Shown one piece after another: positions 26,645-27,526 of a DNA stretch of 27,526 nucleotides (position 1 is its first letter; every line of letters begins with the position of its first letter). The notes beneath the pieces are model-generated. The model was not told the origin of the DNA and made no database searches. It saw only the letters and a list, made by a program, of their open reading frames with translations. A program made the position numbers and the translations under genes. This stretch comes from Campylobacterota bacterium (lineage in GTDB: Bacteria; Campylobacterota; Campylobacteria; Campylobacterales; Sulfurovaceae): positions 1 to 27,526 of the forward strand of contig JBNJHJ010000001.1 of the NCBI GenBank assembly GCA_051748365.1, given 5' to 3'.

Positions 26645-27526
26645 TTATTGGTTTACGGAAGTTCTTGTTTTTGGATCTTGCTTCATATCAACCCATAGAT
26701 TTGGTGTTGATCCGCCGGGAGTTAAGAAGATTTTTGCATCTTTGTTCACTTGTAGCGCTTCGTTAAACTTCCCTTGCACTTTAACCTGTTCTAAGTGCAA
26801 TAGATCCTCGGTTAAACTCACTGAAATTAGTTTGTTTGCCTCAGACTGTGCTTTAGCTTCAATGGTAACGGCATCGGCACGTCCTTTAGCTTCGATTCTG
26901 TTGGCTTCAGCGGCACCTGTTGCTAAAGCGGCTCTTTTTTCCGCTTCTTGACGTGCACGTTCTACTTCGAGTTTTGCACGTTCAGCTTCCTGTCTTGCTA
27001 TCTGTACCCGCTCAATCTGCTCTTTGATCTTTTCGGGAAGTGCAATTTCACGTAGTTGAATTGAGGTAAGTTGTACAGGTCGATTTTCTAATTCATCAAA
27101 CTGTCTTGTAAGTTCAGCTTTAATTTGTGCCGAAATTTCACCTCTTTGGCGCGGTAACTCTTCTGCAGAGAATGCACCGATAACGCTACGCACGACATCT
27201 CTTACAACGGGGTTGATGATCTTGTCTTCCCAGTTTAAGCCCCAGTTAGCAATTGTTTGGGGAGCACTATCAGGTTTGAGTCTGTATTGTACCGTCATCT
27301 CAATGCCTACAGGAAGTCCACGCGAATCTAAGATCGTGATAGCGGGATTGTTTAAAACACCCTCTGTATCCACACCCACATGAGACATCTCCTCTACCGA
27401 TTTATAATCAACGATACGTACCTTTGTATCCATCACTAGTATCTGTTGGATTCCGGGGATAAAAAAGTGAAACCCTGCTTGTAAGGGGATCGGTTCATAT
27501 TTACCTGCTGTTTTTTTGATCCCTAC
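26645..27526 (-). CDS. SPFH/prohibitin (band 7) family protein, 5'-truncated by the window edge
   Basis: LDSRGLPV, VQYRL, INPVVRDVVR, IQLREI.LP and coiled-coil AEA repeats. The frame stays open from 27436 to 27526 (VGIKKTAGKYEP...). Confidence 0.92.
   Translation of the reverse strand, partial: VGIKKTAGKYEPIPLQAGFHFFIPGIQQILVMDTKVRIVDYKSVEEMSHVGVDTEGVLNNPAITILDSRGLPVGIEMTVQYRLKPDSAPQTIANWGLNWEDKIINPVVRDVVRSVIGAFSAEELPRQRGEISAQIKAELTRQFDELENRPVQLTSIQLREIALPEKIKEQIERVQIARQEAERAKLEVERARQEAEKRAALATGAAEANRIEAKGRADAVTIEAKAQSEANKLISVSLTEDLLHLEQVKVQGKFNEALQVNKDAKIFLTPGGSTPNLWVDMKQDPKTRTSVNQ

Noticed and set aside
914-26951. About 30 alternative ORFs in the track that lie antisense to or overlap real genes (e.g. 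914-1201, 2234-2449, 8822-9343, 14901-15278, 16913-17287, 19845-20171, 25493-25861)
   Set aside because: They are shadows of well-supported genes, with no recognisable motifs or SD sites and Ser/Phe/Leu-rich composition typical of antisense frames.
1-27526. Mobile elements, CRISPR arrays, rRNA/tRNA genes, defence islands, frameshifted pseudogenes
   Set aside because: No transposase or integrase motifs, no regularly spaced repeats, intergenic gaps too small, and all core genes are intact and full length.

Overview
A mostly housekeeping window from a low-GC bacterium that reads as Campylobacterota (epsilonproteobacteria), probably a free-living Sulfurimonas/Sulfurovum/Arcobacter-like lineage. 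That is inferred from gene order and protein sequences (short L24, no rpmD or adk in the cluster, secY-map-infA, panD-ybaB, an ATPase divergent from rpsJ). About half the window (1934-15664) is the fused S10-spc operon plus the alpha operon, including an rpmJ missing from the ORF track. To the left are an AAA/DUF4143-type ATPase, a signal-peptide-bearing Cys-type glutathione peroxidase and a GC-rich structured ncRNA candidate at the window edge. To the right are a stand-alone CitE-like lyase; a minus-strand operon trxA-(Cys-less Trx-like membrane protein)-trxB-dapB-purF-radical SAM (TIGR01212)-SDR; a divergent operon of Trx-like [2Fe-2S] ferredoxin-panD-ybaB-ankyrin; and a minus-strand run of SPFH (partial)-hisIE-two DUF2393-like genes-holA. 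I found no mobile element, CRISPR array, tRNA, rRNA or clear pseudogene, and no obvious novel multi-gene system. The best leads are non-coding: a pseudoknot-like alpha-operon leader with an SD-bearing 7-codon uORF, a two-state S10 leader, and the edge ncRNA. Protein leads are a possible dual-start peroxidase and three thioredoxin-fold genes around one bidirectional promoter. All RNA folds were derived by eye and all family calls come from motif recognition, not database searches.
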